From the NCBI GenBank assembly GCA_964036045.1, contig OZ038378.1, positions 58,032,001 to 58,096,000 of the forward strand: a stretch of DNA of 64,000 bases, given 5' to 3'. The position numbers were made by a program, and so were the translations under genes. Shown here in pieces: positions 10,072 to 20,977 of this stretch; the first letter of the stretch is position 1, and every line of letters begins with the position of its first letter. The notes beneath the pieces were generated by a model, which saw only the letters and a program-made list of their open reading frames with translations, was not told the origin of the DNA and did no database searches. Origin of the DNA: Eutreptiella sp. 'Long Island Sound 2002' (taxonomy: Eukaryota; Protista; Euglenida).

Positions 10072-11650
10072 GAAAAGGCGGTTACCGCACTTGTGGGAAG
10101 CATCCCACACCTCAAGCCGTACACGGCCATCAAGGGAAAGGCCCGAGCAGAGCAGCGGCACCACATACAGACCATCATGCGAGAACTTTTAGTGGATCCC
10201 GAGGCAGTTGTCGTTGAAGATGGTGGGGGATTGTACATCCGTTTGGCCGGGCACGACGACGATGAGGACCCTCGTGTAGTGCGTGCAATCGGACTGTGGG
10301 CCACCGGTAGGAGATTGAAGTTATCAATACGGTAGATGTTGGCCCTCTTGCGCGAATGTACGCGTCGTAATCTTGCCGAAGCGAGCACAAGGTTAACACC
10401 GTACTCCACCACAACCTACGCTATCAATGGCCCCAACATGGTCGAGCGACGGTGCGCACCGACAACAACACTAGAAGACATCGTTATCACGCAGTTGAAG
10501 ATACCCGAGACCCTACCCTAGGGGAGCTTCAAGTGGAAGCTGAGAAGATTTGGATTTTCATATGCCCCGATGCAATGGCATCGTGCCACACATCGGTCAC
10601 TAAGATCAATGTTTTTGTAAGCTGCTGGGCCTTAGGGTTTTTTGCTGCGGGAGACATCCATAGATTGGTGATGTGGGCGTGCATGGGTGGCCCTGATGAC
10701 GCCGCATGGCTGCAGGCCTTAGATGAGGATGCGGGCCTAAATGCCCAAACCATCCACCTAAAGGAAAGTTGTACATTCCGTGTGAAAAACGAAACCAAAA
10801 AGTTTCAATGTAAACTGACAGGGGATGGGAAACTAATGATGGTGCCGAACGGGGGGGGGGGGGGTGTTGATGGGGCTCCCCCGATGCCACCGAGTTGGTG
10901 CCGATAGAGGGCACGGTAAACAAAATTCAATGGGGGGCATTTCTTCGAAGTGTGTGTATTCGCATCTGAGACTATGCACACGCATGTTGTAGGGTAACCA
11001 ATGCCTTCAAGAAGCGTCTGACAAAAACTATTATCACCTTGACAGTGGGTGTTGTTGGAGTGCGGCGAGTCGCTAGTGAATTTGCCAATATGTGGTCTAC
11101 CCTTTTAGCACATGTAAAGCATGTGCCTCCTGCTGCCAGGCTTTTCGAAAACACCACTAAGGCAGGGCAATCTGACATCAGCACCTCTATGTTGTTCTTA
11201 ACAGACCCCAAGTACCATGTTCGAATTTTCAATGGCTTCAGGAACCATTTTTCTAACACCATGTTTGGTGGTGTCCTCTTGCCGACACTAATTGAAGTCT
11301 TGCTGCGCAATATGCGTAGCCTATATGCCTTGTGCAGGCAAAAGACACCATTGACTAATGGTGAGGTGCAAGAGGCCAAGAGTCACTGCCGTAAAATCAG
11401 TGAGGCATGGCTCAAGTTGGGTTGGAAGTCAACCCCATGGGTCCACTGGACAGTGGCCCATTGTGGAGCAGTGCTCCAAAAATATCGCAACCTTTATGTG
11501 TTCAGCAGTATACTTGCGAAACACAGGCATAAGGCTTTCAAACTTGCTGTCAAAAACAGCATGCTTGGGCGGTGCCTTCGTTGCCCACGAGTTTCACGAC
11601 GTGGTCTCACCCATGTGTTGAACATGGAGACCCTTGATGTGGGGTTATGA
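10069..11650 (+). pseudogene. Cassette B: RAG1/Transib/CMC-like DDE transposase, copy 1, disrupted
   Basis: ICPDA (Asp 10569), CKLTGDGK (Asp 10824), (G)DYAHACCR, STPWVHWTVAH (His 11444 and 11459), then FSSILAKHRHKAF (catalytic position is K here, E in copy 2). Homologous to family A M2. Confidence 0.8.
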
Positions 11651-11799
11651 TAGTGAGCGGCCCAGCAAAGGCTTGTACTTGGCGAGGCCACAAGGGACCA
11701 AAGAAAAAGGCACTGCATGTATGCTTGAGAAGCCAAATTGGAACCTGGTGGATGCATTTGATGCCCTTCTTGCAAAATTCCTTGGCGCAGAAAACCCCC

Positions 11800-11945
11800 C
11801 ACAGAAAGGGTGCCAAAACGGGGTTGGAGCGCACAAAGGGTGTGCAGAAAGGGTGCACAAAGGGGGTTCTAGCGCAGAAATGGGGGGTGCACAAAGGGCG
11901 CACAAAGGGTGCAGAAAGGGTGCACAAGCGGTGCTAGAACCCCCC
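11800..11945. repeat. AAAGGGTGCAC/AGAAAGGG-type array at the right end of C-D-B
   Basis: Read directly. Also at 36140-36290. Confidence 0.75.
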
Positions 11946-12749
11946 TTCAAGCAAAAGGAGGGGGTGTAGAAAATCCGTGAAAACGGACCATTTGGGACAA
12001 CAGTGAAAGTTAGCCACAAAGGGGGGGAAAACATGTGGTGATTGGCCCCAAACCAGTTTTCAACCACATAAGGTGGTGTGGCTTCGGTAAACATGCAAAA
12101 AGGGCGCTAGAACGGGGGGGTTCTTGCGCAAACCCCCTACTTAGACGGCCCAAGTTGCCCACCCCGGTAAATCAGCCCAAAACACCCAAAAAGGGCCATT
12201 ACGGCCGGTGGGAAATTTCATAGCCTGTTTTTTCAGTCATTCAGACGCGTAGCTGAATTTGAATGCTTGACAGCGTGTTTTTGTGGTTCTCATATCCACG
12301 CACACAAACCTAGGTGACTGCGCATGGTCAATTTTTACGCTTCTGTGAACAAGTTTTGCTTTGTGCTGTGTTGTGTTTGTCCTCCTATGTACCCTTCTCT
12401 TGGAATCTCGAAAAGTGTCTAGAACCAGACACTCTTTGAAATTCCACCCCTGTCAAACCCAGTTTTTGAGGTCGCAGTGTCTGGTTCTAGACAAACTAAA
12501 CAATTTACCCCCTTCCAGGGGGGGGGGGGGATCACCACGTGTCTGTTCCCAGTGTCAACCGTCCTCTGTACACCCCCATAACATGGGGAATGTGTGTGCC
12601 TCCAGACTTTTTGGTGAAATCCCGTGATTAAGATCCACATTTTTTTGAACGGTGTCTGGTTCCGGACACTCTCCACTAATTGTCTGGTCACTGAGCAGGT
12701 ATGTTCTGTTGTTGTTCACCGATTTGTTTAGTCTAGTTCTCTTCCACTG

Positions 12750-14981
12750 TTGATGAGCCACGTGACCAGTGCAGCAACAGATCCCTTTGGTCTTCTGCGT
12801 GACCTCTTACGCGGAGCGAAGTATGGTACACCGCTAGAGCTTTTGGATGCCGCTTTACGTGATGAGGAACCAGGTGCAGCCCTGCTTGTGGAGTTCTGCG
12901 CACAGATGAGGGTCAACCGGCAAACCAGACGCAGTATGGCAAGGTTGACTAAAGCTCATGGGCAATCACCGTGGCCAAGGTGGTATGGAGTGTTTGCACG
13001 CCAGGTGTACACGTTGATGCAACTGCGTCAGAAGATAGCTGTGCTAGAGGAAAACCCTGTTGGCTCAATGATAAGTGCAGCTTGGTGGATGCGGAGACAA
13101 TTGTCACATGCAGGTCTTGCTGTGGGCCGGTTACCGCCTTTGGGGCAACATGCACATGCCAGAACAAACGCCATCCGGAGATCAATGCCACGGAAGCAGG
13201 TGGTGGTGGCGTTTGACAACTAGTATCGCAGACGGTACTGTAGTGACCCGGTATGAACTGATTGCTGTCTGAACGTCACTGGCATGTCAGTGTTGCATAC
13301 AACCGCGATTGCTATGTACCCGGGTTTCCCTGCATTTGACGATCTTCTCCAACGCATCCCGCAAACAGCACAGACCATAGCAGCCAGTTTCCCGGAGTTC
13401 CCACGAGCGGTGGACGCTTTGAGGCGAGATCCACCAGAGGCCCAATACGTACGGGATCCACTAGATGTGCACCGAGACAACATTCGTTCACTGCAAAGGT
13501 ACCCCCCGACGCTAGCCGACCTGGTCTCCAGCTCCAATGAGGACTTGCTCCACATCATGGAACAATGCCTAGCCACTCAGGTTCCCACACGCCACGTCCT
13601 GCCCGTCCTGATGGATGAAAATATATTCTACAGACTCGCCAAGTTCATGTACAGTCGGACGTACATCCCCTTCAAGTTGGCCGAGCACTATGCCACTCTC
13701 CCAATGCTGTATGGCTGCTGGCACCCTGATAAGTATGTGTGTGCCATGATCCACCGTAAGTTCTTCCTAGTATTGGGGTACCTTGGGCAGCAATTGCCCG
13801 CGGTTGATGAAGAGATCCTGTGTCACTTGAAGCTGTTGCACATTGAGAAGCAATTTTGTGCCCTACTGTTAGCCACACCCAACGTTGAGGACCGCATCGT
13901 AAACAAGGAGACTCCAAATATGAAGTTTCCAGAGGCAGCCCGCAAGCTACCGCTCGTATGTTTGACTGGACTGAAGAACGTCCTGTACTTCTACATTCCG
14001 GCTGCTTTCCTCCTTGGAAACTTGGTTCGTGACTGCAACTTGGATGGTCGACCAGCAGGGACAGGCCGTACGGCCCGCAAAGTATTGGAGTTGAGTTTGG
14101 TATTGATTGTAGCCTTGACGATGGACACTGACTGCAACGTCCCCTACGTACGCACCCTTTGTGTTGCCCTTCTGTTGTGGTTACCCTAGAATGCCGCGGT
14201 CCCGGGCTGTTGTTATGCTCACGAGCCCTTGGAGGCCATGGTGAGCCGTCTTGGATCTAGTTGCCACGCCTACCCCCAGATGAAGACTTTTGACCAGACA
14301 TTGGACCCGTCTTTGAGCATGGCACCACCAAAGCGAGGGGAGAAGAAGACGCGGGGGCAGATTCACAGTGGACTGGTTGCGATTATGTCGTCGCGGCTAC
14401 GCAGGTTCCTGATGGCCATTACCACGAACCGCATGGTCCATGTTGAGTGGAACAGTGGAAAGAAGGCAACATTTACCGCTGTCCCTGAGGACTTGAATTT
14501 GCAAGCGCAACTAGTGGACAACGGCGGTGTGGCCGTGTACCAGAGACTGTTGACTAGATCACTCTCCACATTGACACGTGCAGCGCGTTCCCCCACTGAT
14601 GAGGTCGTACGGTTGTTGAGAATCATTGTTCCAGGCAGAGACCCCCGCGATCATGCATGCCGAGATGCACAGGCTCAGCGGGTGCGGGATGCAGCAATTG
14701 CAGTACCAGATGTTGACGATGAGGCCCCGGAAGCTGCAATTGTCTCAGATTAAAGTTCACACCGGTCTGTGGGGGACTTGATAGTGGACGTGGACGCACA
14801 GGATGATGAACCACCACCTGTTGTCCTACTGCAAGAAATGGAGGAGTATGAGGTTGTGAGTTTGGAGGATGATTCGATGGACTGTTGTTGGTCAGGATGC
14901 GTCAAAGGTGTGTGTCGGGAACCAAACACAGGGTTGGAGTTGGTTACTACAGCACCGGGGTACTCGAGCAGAGGCCACTAA
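12750..14981 (+). pseudogene. Family E: probable DDE-type transposase (DN...D...GxxH...YxR...E pattern), in-frame stops only
   Basis: One reading frame across ORFs 12750-13223, 13284-14189 and 14229-14753: VVVAFDN (13215), PVLMDENIFY (13614), LYGCWHP (13713-13724), PYVRTL, HEPLEAM. Flanked by GTCTGG(TT/AA)CCAGAC motifs in inverted orientation. Confidence 0.5.
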
Positions 14982-15138
14982 TGTCAACCAAAGCAGTGCT
15001 GGACCGATGAGATGCGCGCATACGTGCACTGTTGCATTGCAGCACATCCCTATTTCTCCGCAAAACCACAGCATGCAACCCTGACCAACGGAATACCCTG
15101 TTCAGGAAGAATTCGGAATAAACACTGCATGCATGTGT

Positions 15139-15573
15139 GTTTGGAACCAGACACCAACTGTTTGTGCCCCATGCAGTGTCCGGAAAAGTACATATCCGTC
15201 TGGAACCACACAATTAATGTTTTTGCAACCCTGTCATATTCTGAAGTCAAGCTGTTGTGTATGGAACCAGACAGACTGTGTTTTGTGTCCTCCATTGTCT
15301 TCAACTTCATGTGGTTTGTTTCTGGAAACGATAGAATCACATTGGGTAGCTAGTTAAATCGGAATTATACTGCATATGCGTCTAGAAACAGACACTGACT
15401 GTTTATGCCTTGTCAGTTGCCAGAACATTACATGCTTGTCTGGAACCAGACAATATTTGTTTCGCCCCGGTTGCACACTCCAAAAGCAAACTGTCGTGTC
15501 TGGCACCAGCCACAGTGTGTTTTTTTACACCCCTTTGTGTTGAACATGCTGTGGTTTGAGTGTGGAAACGATA
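15139..15573 (+). repeat. Array of 8 x GTCTGGAACCAGAC-like motifs, about 60-bp period
   Basis: Motif starts at 15139, 15198, 15259, 15320, 15380, 15438, 15498 and 15560. Confidence 0.9.
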
Positions 15574-15884
15574 TACTCGTGTCGGCAAGCCTGGACAGTT
15601 GAAATCACATTGCCAAACGGCCCGCCCTTGTGTCATTTTGCGTCTTGCGCCCAGTTGGTTCCAACATGTCTGACCCTACGCAAGGTAGCAGTGAACCCTC
15701 TGCAGACCCCTCAATGGATCTGGCACCCCAATTCAGTGCCGTGGACGATGCCTCATCGAAGTTCAAGGGTGGCTATACACTGAAGGAGGGGACACTAGTA
15801 TGCCTGGGCCTGCGCAGGGTGGCAGTACTGGAACTAAGCGGTGGTAGCCAATTTTCGAATGACAAGGCTGTTTAGCAGACTGTT

Positions 15885-16197
15885 GTCTGGTTCCAGAGAC
15901 AAGAGGACCTGATCTCCGTTTCATGGCTGTGAATAATGAGGTGTTCTCTAGTACCTGACACACCAGGAGGAATTTTGCTTTGACAGGCCGCATGAATGAG
16001 TTGTTATCTGGTTCCAGACATGGAGGTCCAGGCACACACTTTGACAAGGCTACAAAAGTTGTGCCTGGTTCTTGACGCAAACGGGACGCGGTCTGGTGTG
16101 CGAATGATCGATTGTGCTAAATGTCTGGTACCAGACGCAACAGAAGGTAAGTGACGTCCGGTGATGGTAGAAATGCGTCAGGTGTCTGGTTCCAGAC
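15885..16197 (-). repeat. Opposed array of 6 x GTCTGGTTCCAGAC-like motifs, about 60-bp period
   Basis: Motif starts at 15885, 15946, 16006, 16063, 16123 and 16184. Confidence 0.9.
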
Positions 16198-16217
16198 AAC
16201 TGTGACAGCCTTCGTCG

Positions 16218-18089
16218 TTGCATGGGACAACTTTCTTGGCCAGTCACGCATGTGCAATTTTCGCTCTGGAGGACACTGTCAAAAAACCCCGATTTCCGAT
16301 TGCCGCTTGGGTGCAAGGGATGGGGGATAAGGCTGTGGCTGCTGTCGATGGATTGGAGAGGCGTGGAGTGCCAATAAAGTTGCACTTTTGGAAGTGCATC
16401 GAAGGCCTCACCCCACCAGACCTCGAGGAGGTTACGCAGTACATGGGCTCCAGCAATGTGTCACTGCCAATGATTACAAAAAAGGCAAAGCAGCCGAAGG
16501 CTGCACATTGCGGGAACATCACCTCTGCCACACGGACAACGACTTGGTTGACCCCAGTCGCAAAACGCTTGCAGAACGGGCCTGTTGTGAACAGAGTCTA
16601 TTGTCGAAGAGCCATCTCACCTTCAAGACGTACACTTGGAAGTGGTCTGAGCAGAACTACTGGCCCCCCTAGAAGTATGTCGTCACTGCTACAATGTGGA
16701 GTGACCCCACATATGCTCCCCTCCGTGATGCCCTTAAACGTCCCCTTGTGAACCCTGAGATCAAGATTGCTCCTGATGTCAACTTCATCACCGTGAACAT
16801 TGGGTCTGAGGCCCCAGAGGCGGGGGTGACTGACAGCAAGTCCCTAAATGGGATCATGCATATCATTGGGATGGCATCTGGTACTCCGCTGCACTCTACA
16901 ATGGCCAACTTGCCGTATTGCTTGATCATTGTTGAAGTTCCAAAGGGACATGTGGAAGGCATCCATTCCGCTGTCACTCGCAATCTGGTGTCTGGGACGC
17001 TTGTTCTCATTGTTGGCGAGGCTTGTGACGTCTTGGGAGTGCTTGATGGTCTCCGAAAGTTGCACGACAACGAGGGGTTGACAACAATTCGCGTGGCTTG
17101 CTTTATTCTGGGATCTCTCACACAGCATTACTCGATGGGATTTGCTGAACTATGAATGGTTTCCAAAAATCCGCTGCCCAAGAAGGTCAACTCTTGCTAC
17201 CTGCTGCCTGCTACCAGAGTGACGCTGTGTGCACCGTTAAATCCTAACGTTTGTCTGGAACCAGACGCTTACCAGGCAGAATGCCTCCTGAGAAGGGTGA
17301 ATTGTGGGAAAGTGTCTGGAACCAGACGACATCGGCCAGTCCAGCTGCACCGGTAGGGGTGTCAGACTCACTGTTCCCTTATGTAGGTGCCTCGCTACTT
17401 TGCTTTTTCTCGTGGTCCGATGGTGAACCGGTTGTGTACGGAGGTTGTTGGGTTTGTCATGTACAACGTGGCAGATGCAATTCCCCTCAGTAGCAACTAC
17501 CCTGTGGTTCTTGGTTATCAGTGGTTCTGTACGGCTGGCCTGCAGTCTGGCAATGCGCATGCTGGTACCCATCAGTGTGGTGTTGGGTTTGCCCACGGAG
17601 TAGGAGTCTATTGCAGGCGTTGGTACCCTCCTATGCAGCAATCTACGCATCGCTCATGGGCTGAGCCCTATTCCCTGGAATGCAGTGTATGAAAATTTCG
17701 CGGAGGGTTGCCCGGTGGACTGCAGCTGTGTGCCTGACAAGGCAGAGGGAGAGCAGGAGTCTGAAGATGAAGTGGAAGAAGTGGGGGCCAACCCACAGAA
17801 CGCTGTGTATGGTACACCAAAACAGTCACGGGCCCCTAGCAAAAAAGGTGGCGGCACACGCAAAGGAGACGCCAACAAAGCCTCCTCTTCCCAAACAAAA
17901 GGCCAAGGCAACAAAAAAGCGGGGGCATCACCTCCTGATAAGCGTGCAGCTGCGGGAACCGATTCTCAGTCGTCTGCTTCCAAGAAGGCCAAGATTGGGT
18001 TTCAGGCATGGGAGGACCGATTCAATAGCTCCAAAAATAACCAAACCTGCACTGTTGTAGTTGCTGTTGGTTCCACACTGTTGTTGTAA
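16218..18089 (+). pseudogene. Unassigned broken ORF cassette bounded by family E motifs
   Basis: Overlapping ORFs 16218-17356 and 17685-18089 (acidic then Lys-rich tail). E motifs at 17272, 17311, 18309 and 18370. No family motif recognised. Confidence 0.3.
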
Positions 18090-20099
18090 AGCTGCTCAGT
18101 GACCAGGATATCTATTCATAACACATAAACACTATGGCACCCTGTTGGCGTGCCAGTCTGCTCTCTGGCTCCTAGTGGTCTATTTTGACGATTTTTTCTT
18201 CACCAACAGGCGATTGACAGTCCTTTGTTCATGTTTTATGACATTTGGTTGCGGACCATAGTTCCTTTTGTGGAATATAGTAATTTTTCACCAGCTTACT
18301 CATCGTGTGTTTGGAAGCAGACAACTTTTTGCGGTTACTGTCCCTTTGCCGCACGCTTTGGTAAGATATGTCTGTTTCCAGACGAACTTCAGTATTTCAC
18401 TGTGTGCAGAACAAAATTTGATTGACATGCTACGTGTCGACGAGTAGTGCCTCCGCTGGTGTAGTGATATTGAAGCGTCCATAGCCACACATGCATTCCC
18501 TGGGGTTCCTTCTCAGAATTTGACTATTTCCCCCATATTTCACAGGGCCCAGCCTCAAGTTGGTGTCGTGCGCAAAGTGCCAAAAAGTATATGGGGGTAG
18601 TCAAAAACGAGCGGAAACATACGTGCGCTGCTGGTTGCTAAAATTTCACCCTTGTAGAACGCGTTTTTGATGACCGTCATTTGGTGACATTTTTGTCGGG
18701 GGTGCATTGGGGGAGGCGGGGGGGGGGGGGGGCAATTGGGCCGTCTAGGTCCTAGCGACGCACCCCAAACTAGTCATCGCGCTAGGTTATCCCGTTCTAA
18801 CTAGTTATTGCGGGGGTTATCGCGGGGGGTTTTCGCGCTCTAAGTTGTCGCGCGAGTTATCGCGGTAGCTATCACGTGTTGTTTTATTATTTGTTTCGTC
18901 CTTTCCAAGCCACAGTCATTCAGCTGCCGCGTCTGTTCACCAAGGCGGTGGCCGAGGCAACCGCAGCAGGAGCGGCAGAAGCAGCAAGAGAATGGGCTGC
19001 CTAGCCAGTGGCGGCCCGTGCGGTGGTGGAGGGGGAGGAGATCAAGAAGCTGGCCGAGGGCGCAGCTTGGCGGTGGGGGGAACCAGCAGACGAGGCTTGC
19101 CGGCAGGGCGGGACCGGATGGTACCGAGACGTCACCATCACGGAAAAGTAGGGGGGGGTGGAGAGGAAGACCAACCTCACCCTCCCCTCCTATGTGTCGG
19201 TTGGGGGGGAAACGGCCAAATGGCCGAATGTGCCTCATGGGGAAACGGTTGCGGCTTTTTTGCGTTTGTTTGGGATGAGCGCCCCCCCCTCCCCCCCAAG
19301 GCAAAAACTATTTTTTGCTGAGGCTGTGCTTCGTCGATGAAGCAACGGGGGATGGCAGTGCAAGTCTGGGCGGGAGGTGTGGCACAAACTGCACAAGGGG
19401 GAGGACATCCACCAGGTGGGAGGTACGGACCCGTGCAAAGTGTGCTTGATGCAACCGCTTTGTGGGCCTAGGAGTATGCGCCCAAGGGGGGAAGGCCCAC
19501 AGAGCGGGGGCATGAACTGGTGGTGGTGGAGGCGGAGGAGCCCCCCCCCCGACCCCTAAGGGTAAAGGCCCCGCCGCGTCTTCCAAGCCATCGAAGGTGG
19601 CCAAGGTGGCGGCCCAGCTCCCTCGCCTCCCGCCCTTGATGTGGTGGCCTTGGCCGCCAGAGTAGCCACCCACGTGACGGACGCTTGCCAAACTTTGGTG
19701 GAGCAAGCGGCCGTCACGGGGGTGGAGGCCGCATTGGCCAAGGGGAGGGCGGCCGACCATTGGTCGGCCTCGGCGAGGGCAGAGAAGGTCCAGGGCAACT
19801 CTCAGCGTGCCCTTGACCGTGCCCTCGAAGTGGCGAACAAGAGGGGGGAGGAGCTGGAGGCGGTGAGGGGTGACCCGAAGGAGGCCTAGGAGGGGAGGCA
19901 GAAGGCCGAGGTGGAGGCGGCCCGGCCAAGGGGGCAGGTGGAGGCCTTGCGGAGTACGAGGGGTGACCTCCAGCAGCGCTTCGGGGTGGCTGAGGCGCAG
20001 GTCCGTAGCCTCACCTCCACTCTCAGTGCCACCTTCGCCGCCCAGCAGGGGGTTGGTCTACCAGGGATGCAGAGTTAGGGTAGCTACACGACCCGAAGT

Positions 20100-20738
20100 C
20101 AATGACTCGTGGGTTTGCTGAGGGGGTTGCCTAAGGGCATTTTCCGTGGGAAGGAGCGATACGGGGCCCAAGTGGATATGTGCCACTTGGGCGTCGTCGG
20201 AAGTGGAAACCCCAACCCCTCTAATTTTATGTGGACTAGGATGGCTGCTGCTACCTTGAGGCATCTCCTCACCCCCTTGGTTGCGGGGCTCAATGAGTTT
20301 TGCACTCGCAATGCACCACCATCCTTCACATGGTGCAGCATCCAAGTTGTTCGCCCCCAAGGGACGGACACCATGGGCCTTCACGCCCATTTGCGTGATG
20401 GGGCGCCCATGGCGCTTATTGTGTGTGTGGGTTCTTTCAAGGGGGGAGATTTCTGGGTGGAGAGTGGTGGCCTGCCGAATTCCTCCCTCAGGAGAAAAAG
20501 CGGCACTCCCGTGTGTGCAAGGGTAGTGAGGTTGGGGGTTGGGCATGCAAGGCCAAGGCAGAAGCCCCGGTGTTGTTCAACACCCGGGCACTACACGCTT
20601 CATTGCCATGGGAGGGTGAGCGATGGAGCGCGATTTTTTATAGTGCTGGGGGGCTGCTGCATTGCACGCCTACGTGGCGGCAGCAGCTTGTGGAGCTTGG
20701 TTCTAGGCTCCCCAATGTGCTCTAACCTCTCCAGTTAG
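20100..20738 (+). pseudogene. M1 TET/JBP-like dioxygenase domain, copy 2
   Basis: FTWCSIQVV, LHAHLRD (20379-20399), VGSFKGGDFWVESGG, then after a frameshift LFNTRALHASLPWEGERWSAIFYS (His 20594, Arg 20621). Confidence 0.7.
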
Positions 20739-20977
20739 TGCGCACTAGCCTCTGCTCTAACTAGTTACCGCGGCAGTTATCACGCTCTAACTGGGTGCCC
20801 TAACGAGTTGTCGCGCTTGGTTATCGCGTTTTAACTAGTTATGGCGGGGGGCTATCGCGGGGGTTACCGCGCAATGACCTAGTCATGGTGCGAGTTATCG
20901 CGTGGGTTATCGCGTGTGTTTTTTGGGGGCCTGCGTGCAAGCCATCCCTCATTTTCGCCCAGGACCTCTTATTATTC

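Larger units (their letters stand above)
3766..12135 (+). mobile_element. Family C-D-B cassette-type DNA element, copy 1 (with a 2.3-kb extra segment at about 7.2-9.5 kb)
   Basis: Colinear with 30.0-36.5 kb. Homology starts at the GGTTCCAGC array and ends after GGTTCTTGCGCA at about 12130 and 36480. Confidence 0.85.

Noticed and set aside
10069-11650. Assigning the symbols RAG1, TET or JBP
   Set aside because: Only motif-level similarity in decayed TE ORFs, with no evidence of orthology.
1-12135. Integron/attC interpretation of the cassettes
   Set aside because: There is no IntI-like gene linked to the arrays and no attC R/L box geometry. The only YR belongs to the retroelement.
15139-16197. 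True CRISPR array
   Set aside because: The repeat is only 14 bp and degenerate, spacers are mutually related with a 4-unit higher-order period, there are no cas genes and the context is eukaryotic. Reported as a repeat instead.
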